Source: Podarcis erhardii
Taxonomy: Eukaryota
Strand: one strand, 5' to 3'
NCBI GenBank assembly: GCA_964252035.1
Contig: OZ176203.1
DNA length: 64,000 nucleotides
Shown here: positions 1 through 10,865 of the stretch, one piece after another
Position numbering within the stretch: position 1 is the stretch's first letter
Layout: each line of letters starts with the position of its first letter
Program-made: the position numbers and the translations under genes
The notes under the pieces: generated by a model
Told to the model about the DNA's origin: nothing
Database searches by the model: none
Seen by the model: the letters and a program-made list of their open reading frames with translations, nothing else

Positions 1-530
1 GAGTTTGGGGATTTTCTTAACAAACTAGTATGAGTCGGGGGATGTCTGCGCCTACAGATCTGTACACAGAATCTCGCGACCATCCGGGTCGTCTTATGAT
101 CTTTGCCTAACAGGAGAAGGTCAAATTTTTGCTTTTGCGGAAGGTCAGCGAGCCTCACCAGCAGGGGATCAATGGTCTCACTACATGCCTCTTCATAAAA
201 GGGACATCTAAAGAACAAGTGCTCTGGGCTTCCTATCTCCCCCAATGAACAGGCGCAAAATCTCTCAGCGTATGGGACTTTTTTAAAGGCTCCTTCCAGG
301 ACCAGCAAGGGCAGAACTTCTTGTGAGTGTAAAAGCCCTTCTTGCATTTTTGGATACGAGAAAGAAGAGATATGCTGCCGGTGCGTCTATATCTCTCTCG
401 ATTTCTCCAATTTTATAGCCGGGGCACCTTGAGCAGTCCTGTTGTCTCTTGGTATCTATGGTTCTTTGCCTGACCGTAGCTTTTGCCGGGCCCAACCTCC
501 CTGGTCTCTGCTTTGCACTTCAGGAAAATG
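1..530 (-). mobile_element. Degraded non-LTR retrotransposon ORF2 C-terminus (RTE-X/L2-like clade uncertain)
   Basis: Minus-strand translation across one frameshift gives ...APAAYLFFLVSKNARRAFTLTRSSAL / GAFKKVPYAERFCACSLGEIGSPEHLFFRCPFY..., the CCHC-type zinc-binding end typical of LINE ORF2. May extend to about 1640 (KLQKIQ/SKFIAQ-like remnant). Confidence 0.6.
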
Positions 531-1689
531 TGTTGCCTCATTGCAGGCTATGACTCAGCCCTGCAAGGAGGGCTCCCCTGAATTCTAAACACCCACAGCC
601 CACCCAACGCAGCAGCACCGTCTCAGACAGACGGCGCCTCGGAAGCAGAGTCCGCTTCATCAGGCCAGGGCCCTGCCGCCACCCCTGCGAGCCGCCCGGT
701 CCTAACGATCTGGGCTGCTCATTAGTGTCTGCAGCTGCTTCTGTCGGCTTTAATTTAAATACTCGGCAGCACACAGACTGGGGCAGGGGCAGGGGCAATG
801 CCAAAGGGCACGGCGGGAAGCCGTGGCGGAGCTGAAGACCAGAGAGAGAGCGGGAGGGAGAGAGATGGTGCAGCAGAACGACTGAGGGGTGAGATGAAGC
901 TGTTTGCATGGCCTTCAGTGAACCCCCCTCCTCTCTGCAATCGATAACGCGGATAATGCAGCTGGCCGCCTTTACAGGGTCGTCATGCTCCTGCCTGAGA
1001 TATGATACGGAAGGGGGGGGCATGTCTTCTTTGCCTTCTTCTTCGCTACAATATATCCATTTATTTCCAATTATAAATGTCAAAAGGGACTAAAATCTAT
1101 AAAATTCATAGAAACTCAACGTGCCAATTTGCTCAATTTCTCTAGGACTCCATGACACCTCCCCTGTCCTCCATAATCCCTCAAGCAAGGTGTCAAGACC
1201 CTAATTCTGTCAAATCACTCTGCCAAGCCTTTCCTCCGGGCAATGCCAGGTGGCAGACTATACATATTTGGACCATTGTCTTCTCATCACCGGTACTCAG
1301 GAAGTGTTTATCTGCGCATATCTCCAACTCTGCATATTCCCTCTCCCTCCTCCATATGTTAATCCGTGTAACCCAACCTCTCTTTAATGTATTCATGATG
1401 TAACTATGATGTATTTTGCACTGTATTCTGGGACATGGAGGGAAGTTTCAAAAGTTCATGTCACCCCCTTTCTCGTTGTTCAATCTCGCCTTGAACCTGT
1501 TGCGCAATGAACTTGGATCTTCTGCAGCTTGCTCCTGTCTCCGGCTGAGCTCATTTTCCTCCGCAGGGACCTGCGGACTTAGTCCGACGAGCTGGGTGGC
1601 AGAGCAGCCTCGCACCCAGATTTTACCGTAACAGATAAAAGCCAGAAAAAGAGATGAAACCCTCAGTTCGAATCTCCCCTTGGACTGTT

Positions 1690-2601
1690 TGCATGGCCTT
1701 CCCCTAAGGAAGTCAGACTATCCTCCACCAGGGCCAAGGCCTTCTCAGTGATGCCTCCAACCTGGTGGAACGAGGAGACTTGAGCGTTTCAGGATTTAAC
1801 CTCCTTCCATCGGGCCTGTAAGACAGAGCTATTCCGCCTAGCCTTTAATTTGAATTCAGCCTGATCTTTTATTTCCCTTCTCTTCCCTTCCCCTCCCCTT
1901 TTATGAAGATCACCCGCTCTGAGACCCCACAGCTAATTCTCCCCTGGCCTCCCCTAAGGAAGTATCCCCCACCAGGGCCAGGGCCTTTTCAGTGATGGCT
2001 TCGACCTGGTGGAATGCTCTGTCCCCTGAGACTAAGGCCCTGCAGGATTTAACCTCCTTCCATCGGGCCTGTAAGACAGAGCTATTCCGCCTAGCCTTTA
2101 ATTTGAATTCAGCCTGATCTTTTATTTCCCTTCTCTTCCCTCCCCCTCCCCTTTTATGAAGATCACCCGCTCTGAGACCCCACAGCTAATTCTCCCCTGG
2201 CCTCCCCTAGTTTAGAGGTCCCGGGCCCTAAGGAAGTATCCCCCACCAGGGCCAGGGCCTTTTCAGTGATGGCTTCGACCTGGTGGAATGCTCTGTCCCC
2301 TGAGACTAAGGCCCTGCAGGATTTAACCTCCTTCCATCGGGCCTGTAAGACAGAGCTATTCCGCCTGGCCTTTAATTTGATTCTTTAATTCTCCCCTGGC
2401 CTCCTTGCTGGCCCAAGTAGGATCAATTCAGCCAACTAGCCCTGGGGATTATCGACATGATTTTTGAATTTTATTGTTATTCATGTTTTTATACTGTATT
2501 TTATGCTGCTTTTATAATTAAGTGTTTTAAAGTGTTTTAAATTTGTTGTTAGCAGCCCTGAGCCTGGTTTTTGAACTGGGAAGGGCGGGGTATAAATAAA
2601 A

Positions 2602-2647
<46 letters not shown>
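1690..2647 (+). mobile_element. L2 LINE 3' end with a triplicated segment of about 250-275 bp and an (ATT)n tail
   Basis: Units start near 1701, 1951 and 2226. Each encodes RAFSV(M)A-TWWNAL...SFHRACKTELFRLAF, the L2 ORF2 terminus. Tail gggcggggtataaataaa followed by (ATT)n at 2603-2647. Confidence 0.8.
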
Positions 2648-2648
<1 letters not shown>

Positions 2649-3011
2649 CTCTCTGCAATACGGATACTGCAACTGGGCCTCCTTTACAGGGTTGTTGTGC
2701 TCCTGAGATAAAAGCCTGCAAGGAGTCCTGTGGCATCTTAAAAGATTCAGGGCAGATAAAATAAGTAATTTCTTTGTGCAGTGCAAGTTAAACTATGGAC
2801 GTCGCACCTGAAGGAGGCAGAGATGGTTACCAACGTGGATGGCTTTAGAAGCAGATTAGACAAGTTCATTGAGGACATGACTAGCAATGGCTACTAGCCA
2901 GAATGGCTCTGCTCTGCCTCCGCAGGTGAGGGTAGTAAACGTGTTTGAATATTAGTTGCTGGAAACCAGATCCTGCTTGGAGGATTTCAGAGGGTTGGAA
3001 ATGGTGTGGAA

Positions 3012-3258
3012 CAGGGGTCAGCAAACTTTTTCAGCAAGGGGCTGGGTCCACTGTCCCTCAGACCTTGTGGGGGCCGGACTATATTGGGGGGGGATGAACA
3101 AATTCCTATGCCTCACAAATAACCCAGAGAAGCAATTTTAAATAAAAGCACACATTCTACGCATGTAAAAACATGCTGATTCCCAGACCATCCACAGGCT
3201 GGATTTAGAAGGCGATTGGGCTGGATCCGGCCCCCGGGCCTTAGTTTGCCTACCCATG
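3012..3258. mobile_element. hAT-type MITE
   Basis: Imperfect TIRs CAGGGGTCAGCAAAC / GTTTGCCTACCCATG; 8-bp TSD GTGTGGAA / GTGTAGAA. Confidence 0.85.
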
Positions 3259-4229
3259 GTGTAGAACAAAAGGCAGTTGATATTGAGAAAGAGAGATGTA
3301 CATTTCCCCCTCTCCCACAATCCTACAGCTCCAGAATCATCCCGTGAATGACCAGCAGGAGATTCACATTTGCGGCCCCAAAATGTGGCAGCGGCTTCAG
3401 AACTGGACGACGACGAATCTGTTCGAAGTTATCGGCTGGCAAAGCTAATGAACCTCCATGCTCAGAGACAGTCTACCTTGGAAAATGAATTGTCCGGAAG
3501 CAAAACCAGAAGAAAGCTATCACCTTTGTGTCCTGCTTGTTGGGCTTCCAGGGAACCTGGTGGGCCATTATGGGATGGAAGATGCTGAACTAAGTGGACC
3601 TTTGGTCTGATCCAAAGTGTGTGTGCGCGTGTGTGCCTTCTGCTGCAAACACATCCAACTGCAAAAATATAACAAATTACAAATATAACCAAAGTAGTCA
3701 TAAACAACAAAGAAGCATCAAAAAGCACACCACCAAACTGATACAATTTCCATATAAATCATAACGACATCTAAAATGAAGATACAAAAAGTTACCATGA
3801 ATAACAGCAACAATTCCCTCCAAACACACACATTGTGTCCAGTTCGGCCCTAAGAATATGTGGAAATGTTGAAAATTGCTTTTACAGGAAGGATATGCCA
3901 GTCTTTTCCAAATATACAATATAGTATTCTTTAGGGTGGCAAATGATTCGTTCAAACAACAGACCAAAAAGGTCACAGTAGAAGTTGTGGCCATGCACAC
4001 CACTAGCAATGCTATAGCTGCAACCCTAGTTTGAACCCTGGTCCCGCCTAGCTCCTGGTCCGACGCTCTAACCATTGTACAACACTGCCTCTCCCAATGG
4101 GCTGGGTCTGCTAACCTCCTGCAGGGAGAGGCTCACTCTGGGGAACAATCACTTTTCCATTAGGAAACAGACCAGCAATTGCCCTGAAAATCAATTTAAT
4201 TATATTAAATAAGATACCTCTCCCTCCAC

Positions 4230-5420
4230 GCCACACTTTTGTCCAGTGGCGGGTCTCGAACTCGCGGCCTTCTGGAGCGCGCCTTCCCTCCAGCCAATCG
4301 CAATAGCCGCCGCCTTCGCAACAACAACATCCTCCTCCTCCCTACCGGATAAAGGCTCGCCGCTCTCCTGCGCATGTCCGCCTACATTTCCCAACAGGCA
4401 TTTCCGCCTACGAAGGCAGCTCTTTGTTGACGCACGCGCGCGGAGGGGGGGCGCCCGCGTATCCACGGGAAACGTAGTCCTCCCTCGGCCGTGCTCGGCC
4501 GTCTTCAAAGGACCGCAGGACTACATCCCCCATGATCCCTTTTCACGCCGGCGCTCGTCCTCTCCTCACAGCGCCGGCGCCCTGGGCTCGTCCGCCATCT
4601 TGGTTTCCAGGGTGACAGGACCGTGGTGGCGGGCAGTAGGCCGGCCCGACCGGGCGCGGGGCTGAGATGCTGGCCTGCCTGATGAGCAGGCCTCTGCCGC
4701 CGGGTCTGGCGCGGCTTTTCGGGGCGAGGGCGGGGCTCCCGCTGGCGGTGCGCGGGGCCTCGGCGACGTCCGCGGCGTCGGCCTCGTCGTCGCTGGCCGG
4801 GCGCGAGGAGCTGCAGTACCCAGGCGAGGCCGCTAGGGGCCGCCCGCAGCGCCAGGCGGCGGGAGAAGAGGAAGAAGAAGAAGAAGTGAGGCTGGCGAAG
4901 CTGCAGCGCCGCCGCGCGCCCTCCAGGGGGCGATGCGGGGACGAGGCGCTGTGGCCGCAGTTCAAGGCGCCGGCCGCCAGGGGGCAGGACGCGCAGCAGC
5001 TGGGAAGATACCCCTGCGAGGCGGGCGCCGCCCTGGCGGCGGGCAAGAGGGCGGCAGCCGAAGGAGGCTGGCTGCCCAGGCTGCCCTGCCAGGAGGAGGA
5101 GCAGCAGCAGCTGCCGTCCGGGGACGCTAGCGCCCGCCCGCTCCGCAGGGAGCCCAGCGGCCTGCGCCTCTGGCCCAACCCAGAGCGGGCCGGGCGCCAC
5201 CGCAGCAAAGGGAACCGCGGCAACAGGCGCGGCCCCAGGATCCCGTCCTTCGCTGCCACTGCCGTGGCGGCCGCCGGGCTGGCCTTCTGCTACAGCAAGG
5301 GCAACGTCTCCAAAGGTGACCGCAGGGCGGCGCTCTCCGGCAGGAGGAACTCAAGCCGCTAGTCCTGTGTGAGGGACGGCGGGGAGGTTGACCAGGGATG
5401 CTGGGGCTTTGGGGGGGGGG
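4230..5420. promoter_or_regulatory. CpG island and CLPB promoter
   Basis: Sharp rise in GC and CpG density over exon 1. Three ACTAYRNNNCCCR-type (ZNF143/THAP11) motifs at 4381-4393, 4466-4478 (-) and 4520-4532, plus a YY1 motif CCGCCATCTT at 4592-4601. Confidence 0.85.
4667..5315 (+). CDS. CLPB: CLPB (Skd3) coding exon 1: mitochondrial presequence, hydrophobic segment and PARL cleavage site
   Basis: ATG at 4667 inside a CpG island. Frame MLACLMSRPL...AATAVAAAGLAFC|YSKGNVSK resembles the human CLPB C126|Y127 PARL site (recalled ...VVHC|YSKSPSNK). Donor AAAG|GTGACC at 5315/5316. Length 649 nt (216 codons + 1, phase 1). Confidence 0.93.
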
Positions 5421-5699
5421 TTCGCTTGCTGCCAGGGCTGGACGTCTCGCCACCTGGGGCAAAGCGGAAAGAGACTCATCCACTGCTGCTTCACCCTCCG
5501 CAACTGCCCCCTCTTCTGTTGCCGCCGCCTGAGGCAGCCCAGGGAAGCCCCGGTGGGCTGAGGGAGGCTGGAGAAGAGGCAGAAGAGGCGGGTGACAAGC
5601 AGAGGAGGCAGTGAGTAGCTGGCTCCTCAGGGTGTGGATCTGCCACTCCTCCCAGCTGTGCGCTGCCTGAGGCCAGGCGGGCCGGCCCTGCTTATTATA

Positions 5700-5945
5700 A
5701 ATAATAAACATAACTGCATTTTTCTCTCGCCTTTTTCTCCAAGGAGCTCAAGGCAGCATGCATGGTTTCACCCACCACTTGTTTCAACCTCCACAACAAC
5801 CCTGTGAGGTAGGTTAGGCCGAGACAGGCAGTGACCGGCCCTCCAGATCATACCTAGTGAGCTGCATAGTGGCCAGCTGGGGGATTCAAACCCTGATCTC
5901 TTCCTGGTCCTAGTCCAACACTCACCGCTACCCCACACTGGCTCC
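5700..5945 (-). mobile_element. tRNA-derived (MIR/CORE-like) SINE
   Basis: Reverse complement shows a tRNA-like head, the CAGCCTAACCTACCTCACAGGGTTGTTGTG core and an AT-rich tail. A second copy lies on + at about 6070-6265. Confidence 0.6.
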
Positions 5946-6069
5946 TCCTATGGTGAGATCCTTGCTTTTCCCATCATTATATATCCAGCCTAGAGAAAAG
6001 ATCCTTCTGCCTTATTTCCTGTATGCGCTGGAGTGCTCTTAGAACCGTTGAAGCAAGGCTAATAAAAGG

Positions 6070-6265
6070 CAGTGTGCGTAGTGGTTAGAGGGTTGGGCTA
6101 GGACCTAGGAGAAAGGTTCAGTCAGCCATGAAGCCGCCTGGGTTACCCTTGGTGCCAGACGCCCCATTTCAGCCTAACCTGCCTTACAGGGTTGTTGCAA
6201 GGAGAAAGCACAGAGGAGGAGAACCTGAGCTCCTTGGAGGGAAAGGTGGATATAAATGTAATAAA
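6070..6265 (+). mobile_element. tRNA-derived (MIR/CORE-like) SINE
   Basis: Head GTAGTGGTTAGAG, core CAGCCTAACCTGCCTTACAGGGTTGTTG, tail GAGCTCCTTGGAGG...ATAAATGTAATAAA. Confidence 0.6.
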
Positions 6266-7875
6266 CAAAGGATACAGTAAGTAATAATTTAGAATTTGGG
6301 CCGCAGTAGGAGTAACACGTCAGTGTTCTACATTCCTGTTAACCAGCCTGGTGCCCCTTCCCTTAGTTGTTTTGGACTACAACTTGCATTGGTCCAAACC
6401 AGCATATTTCCTAGGGGATTTGCCCATGCTGCTCTTCTCAATTCATTTGCCTGTTGGTGTCTCAGGACAGTAATGAATTCTAAGAGGGGATTCTCCTTTT
6501 TCCTGTGAGCTTAGTTGTGCATACAGGGTGTGCCCAGGCACACCCTAACATCTCCAAAAAATGTGGCAAAAACTTGATATTTTCCGTGTCGTTTTTTAGC
6601 TTTGTATTTTTAAATCAAAGTTCAGTTGATGATCTGTTAAAGAGGTGAGGTTTAGTTTCTTTCCGTTGCAACAGTTGTTACAGTAATGGTTTTTGATAAA
6701 GTTCATAATTATTATTATCAAAACAATTAGTCCTGCTTTACATTCTCGTCCTCAAAGTGCATTTTGAGGCTAGTTTTGCATGGTGTACTTACAGCATTAC
6801 GGCCAGGAGGTGGCATATTTGAACCACCTGTTCCCAAAGTGGCAACCTTATGCGGCTTGAGGTTTGCAGCCTTCCCCAGCTTGTTTTTGGACTACAAGTC
6901 ATGTGTGCTGGCTGGGGCTGATGGGACTTGTAGTCCAGACCATCGAGAACCCCAGGAAGACTGTTTCAAAAGACTCGTTCCTGGGCCTTTCTCACAGCAG
7001 GGATCAGCTTTTGTTTTGAGTGTCCAACTGTGCATTAAAAGAGGTTTTGATCGTTGCTCCTTGCCTTGTAGCTTATGCACTGAAGTCTTATCTTCAGGGT
7101 CTTACCCTGGGAGTGTGGGGGCAACACCCAGAATCATAGAATTGTAGAGGAGGAAGGTACCCAAGGGTCATCTAGTCCCTGCAACACAGGAATTGTCCAT
7201 TCCACCGTTGAACAGCTCTTACCGTCAGAAGATTCTTGCTAATGTTTAGTCAGAATCTCCTTTCTTGCCATTGGATTTTTTTGGTTTGGGTCTTACCTTC
7301 TGAAGCGGCAGGAAACAAACCAAACCTAATTATCTTTTAAGGCCTTTCAAGTCAGTGACTGTCACTGCCTCCTGCAGGAGCAAGTTTAACTGCGTGAATT
7401 GCTCCAGTTTAACCACTAGGTGCTCACAACCCTTGCTTTACCTTGGACAGAAAATTCCCCAGGGTTTGGGAAAGGCAACTGGCACCCAAAAATGTTGTGT
7501 GACTGCCTGGCTCAGGAAGCAGTGCTGTGGCTCTAAAAGCAGGTGTTTGTGCGTTGATTTCTGTGGCTTATACCAGACAGAAATTCTGCTCCATCTCAAA
7601 GAAATTTAAGTGGAGGGACTGCCTGGTCAAACACTTGATAGGTAACATCAATGTGGACCTGATAGTGGGGTTCTTGGAGGGGTTGGTTCTTTTGGAATCA
7701 GCTTTGAGGGGTGGGAGGCAATAACTGAGCAGTTCCAAATGGTCCCCCCAGAACCAAACCCGGCAGAAAGCAGGAAAAATCCTTTAAAAAGGGGGGGGGG
7801 AGTGTCTTTTCTCTTCTTGCCTGTCCTTCTCGCCACCTCCAGTTCACAGCGATTCCTCTCCTTTGTCTTTTCCAG

Positions 7876-7927
7876 AAGACTCTCTACTGGAAGCTGCACG
7901 GATCAACAACATTTCCGAAGTGGACAG
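7876..7927 (+). CDS. CLPB: CLPB coding exon 2 (start of ankyrin domain)
   Basis: Polypyrimidine tract ending ttccAG; 52 nt encoding (E)DSLLEAARINNISEVD(R), homologous to human DAALLEAARANNMQEVSR. Donor GTGAGC. Phase 1 to 2. Confidence 0.96.
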
Positions 7928-9738
7928 GTGAGCCCCCTGAATTCAGCCCTGCTGGTGCGAGGGGTGGCTAGGAGATGTCTGCTGGTGGCATTCAGCCTTC
8001 CTGGGAGAAAACACTAGTGTGTGCAGTCTATAAATTATAGCTATATAACCTCACAAATTTTATATACTACTTGATTGTAAAAAAAACAAAACCCAACAAC
8101 CACTTCAAAGCAGTTTGCAAAGAGAATAAAACTGTAAAACTGTCAGTAAAGACTGCTCTTTAAAATATTCAAAAGAAAAAATCAGCCATAAACTAAAAAA
8201 AAATAATTAAAAGCACACATCAACATGCCACGTGTTTGAGTAGGCTTGTCTAAACAAAAATGTTTTTAGCAGGCACCGAAAAGGGTACAGTGAAGGTCAC
8301 TGCAGGGAGTTCCAGATTGTGGGTGCTGCCACGCAACAGGTTGTGGAATGATGATTCTGCAGATATATTTTCTTGAGGCCAAGGGTCAAGGTCCATTTGT
8401 TGATGCATTGATGGGCTTTCTCTCAGAGAAACTATGAAAGTTGCCCCCACAGGGAGCAGTGATGGCCACCAACCCAGATAGCTTTAAAAAAAGGACTAGG
8501 CAAGGAGAATAAGGCTATCAATGGGCACTAGCCAGGATGGCAGTGCTCTGCTTCTATGATCAGAGGCAGAAATGCTTCCGAAGACCAGTTGCTGGAAACA
8601 CAGGCGGGGAAAATGCTCTTGTGCTCAGATCCTGCTTGCTGGTTTCCCACAGGCATCTGGTTGGCCACTATGAGAGCAGCCTGCTGGACTAGATGGGCCC
8701 CGTTTTTGGTCTGATGTAGCAGACTCTTCTTTTGTTTTAGAAGTGACACCTCTGCATCTGAATATTATTATTACTATTATTAATATTAAGCATGCCTCAG
8801 AGCTTGATTTCCTACCTTGGACCCCCTTCCCCTCCAAAAAAGCAATGTGTTAGCAGTTGTTTGTGAGGGAGAGGCCCTCTGTACATGCTTAGGGGTGTTC
8901 CCTTCGCCACATTTCAGTTTTCTACACCTTCAGCAGCTGAGTGCCTTGTGCCCTCGTGCTGGGGGTGTTTGATTAAAACTCTCCAAGCCGTGACTGGAAC
9001 TGGCAGACTGGCATATTTGTGTGGTATATGCCCACCTTGCACAGTCTACTTCACCCTGTTCAGATCAGCCTTCATGCCCCCTGTATTGTCCAGGGTCTTC
9101 TACAGCCCAGCTACCAGGTCTCTCCCTGCCACTGCAACACATAACCCCCTCTCCTCTCTTCCCTGCGCCCCGAACCTCTTCCCAGCCCGTCACAGGAAAT
9201 GGCTTCCTTGTGCCCAACGCAGCCGAGGTCTGGCCTGCATCAACGCTCCTGATGGGCAGCGAACTGGGCCCCTGGCAGTAATTGCAGGAAGCGGCCTGAT
9301 TATCTTTGAGTCAGCCCAGGTCTCTGGGCCTCCTTCCCTCCCACCTCCTTGCTTCGGCTTCCCATTCTCAGCAGGCGATTCTGGAAATGCTTTCGGCCAG
9401 TTGTTCAAACCTTCGGATGGCATATAATTTGGGAAATGGGAAAGACTGGAGCTGAGTGGTGGATCGTCTGCTTTGCCTGTTGAACGTCCCAGGCTCAAGG
9501 TCCCCCAGGTGGCACAGAGGTGAGATGGTGCCAGCTTGGGTTCCAAAATGCCTCCCCAGACCCCCTTGCTCCTGTGAGCTGGTCTGGGCTGGACATTGTG
9601 CTCTGGAAGCCACCATTGGGCCCTCATGGGACACAGCATCCAGCCATCCCCTCTTGCACTCGGAAAATAGTGTGGGTTTGAGTTAGGCTAGCAGCAGGAG
9701 AACAGTAATGCTTTCATGTCTAAGATATTCAGAAATTA

Positions 9739-10117
9739 CTGTATGTTTCCATGTATAAGACCCCCCCTACTTTTGGGAACCCCAAATTTAGAAAATGGGC
9801 ATATGCACTATCCGTGTATAAGACGTCCCCCAATGTTTAACCTTACAGTGGTGCCTCGCAAGACGAAATGAATTCGTTCTGTGAGTTTTTTCGTCTAGCG
9901 AATTTTTTCGTCTTGCGAAGCACGACTATTAGCGGCTTAGCAGCAAGACGTTTTCGTCTTGTGAAGCAAGCCCATAGGGAAATTCATCTTGCGAAGCAAC
10001 TCAAAAACGGAAAACTCTTTCATCTAGCGAGTTTTCCGTCTTGCGAGGCATTCGTCTTGCGGGGCACCACTGTATTTTAAAGTAAAAAACCCTAGTCTTA
10101 TGCACGGAAAAATATGG
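9739..10117. mobile_element. Tc1/mariner-type MITE interrupted by a nested Tigger-like MITE (9846-10072)
   Basis: Outer TIRs CTGTATGTTTCCATGTATAAGAC / GTCTTATGCACGGAAAAATATGG flanked by TA. Confidence 0.75.
9846..10072. mobile_element. Tigger/pogo-like MITE family A (short copy)
   Basis: TIRs CAGTGGTGCCTCGCAAGACGAA / TTCGTCTTGCGGGGCACCACTG; TA duplication at 9844-45 and 10073-74. Confidence 0.9.
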
Positions 10118-10533
10118 TAATCTTCACCAACATTTGCAAAACCCGGCATTGGCTCTCCCCATTCTGCCTGCCTTGTCTGTCTGCAAGGTCAGGGCTGTAC
10201 ATAGATGTCAAACACTAGAATATTCACCTTCAACTCTCTGAAGGGCTGTCCCATGGAAGATGGGCCATCTTGGCTGTGAATCCTGGAGGACCTGCTCCCT
10301 GCCTTGCAGGCCTATTTCTGCCTGGCCTGGGAGGCGGGGCCTGACTGACTCCAGCTACAAAAGCTGAGACTGCTGAACAGACTCTTGCACTGGGGTGTTG
10401 GTTAGGGGTTTTTGTTGCTCTTGTTGATACTAATTTTTTTTATACTGTATTTTTAGATATTATGATTTATGTGGAAATTGTTCAGTTTGGTTGTGCGCCT
10501 TTTGATGTGATTTACTTATTGTTTGTGACTACT

Positions 10534-10865
10534 GGTCTAAACCACAGAGCCTAGGGCTTGACGATCAGAAGGTTGGTGGTTCAAATCCCCACGACGGGGT
10601 GAGCTCCCGTGACTCGGTCCCTGCTGCTGCCAACCTAGCAGTCCGAAAGCACATCAAAGTGCAAGTAGATAAATAGGTACCACTCTGGCGGAAAGGTAAA
10701 TGGCGTTTCCGTGCGCTGCTCTGGTTCGCCAGAAGCGGCTTAGTCATGCTGGCCACACGACCCGGAAGCGGTACACTGGCTCCCTCGGCCAGTAAAGCGA
10801 GATGAGCGCCGCAACCCCAGAGTCGTCCGCGACTGGACCCTAATAGTCAGGGGTCCTTTTACCTC
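10534..10865 (+). mobile_element. Sauria SINE (slightly 5'-truncated)
   Basis: Matches the Sauria SINE body AAACCACAGAGCCTAGG...GTGCAAGTAGATAAATAGGTACC...GCAACCCCAGAGTCG...CCTTTACC. Confidence 0.88.

Noticed and set aside
538-1083. 181-aa minus-strand ORF as a neighbouring gene
   Set aside because: No recognisable homology or splice structure, and it lies among LINE remnants.
4564-4598. Minus-strand mini-ORF MADEPRAPAL with a possible GTGAGG donor, as first exon of a divergent gene
   Set aside because: Ten codons only, arising from the YY1 motif, and no downstream exons could be identified. It is kept only as part of the promoter hypothesis.
4505-5711. Long antisense and alternative-frame ORFs over exon 1 (4505-5200, 4543-5259, 5127-5711, 4933-5130)
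   Set aside because: They are low-complexity Ala/Arg/Pro/Gly-rich shadows expected in a GC-rich island with few stop codons, with no recognisable domains.
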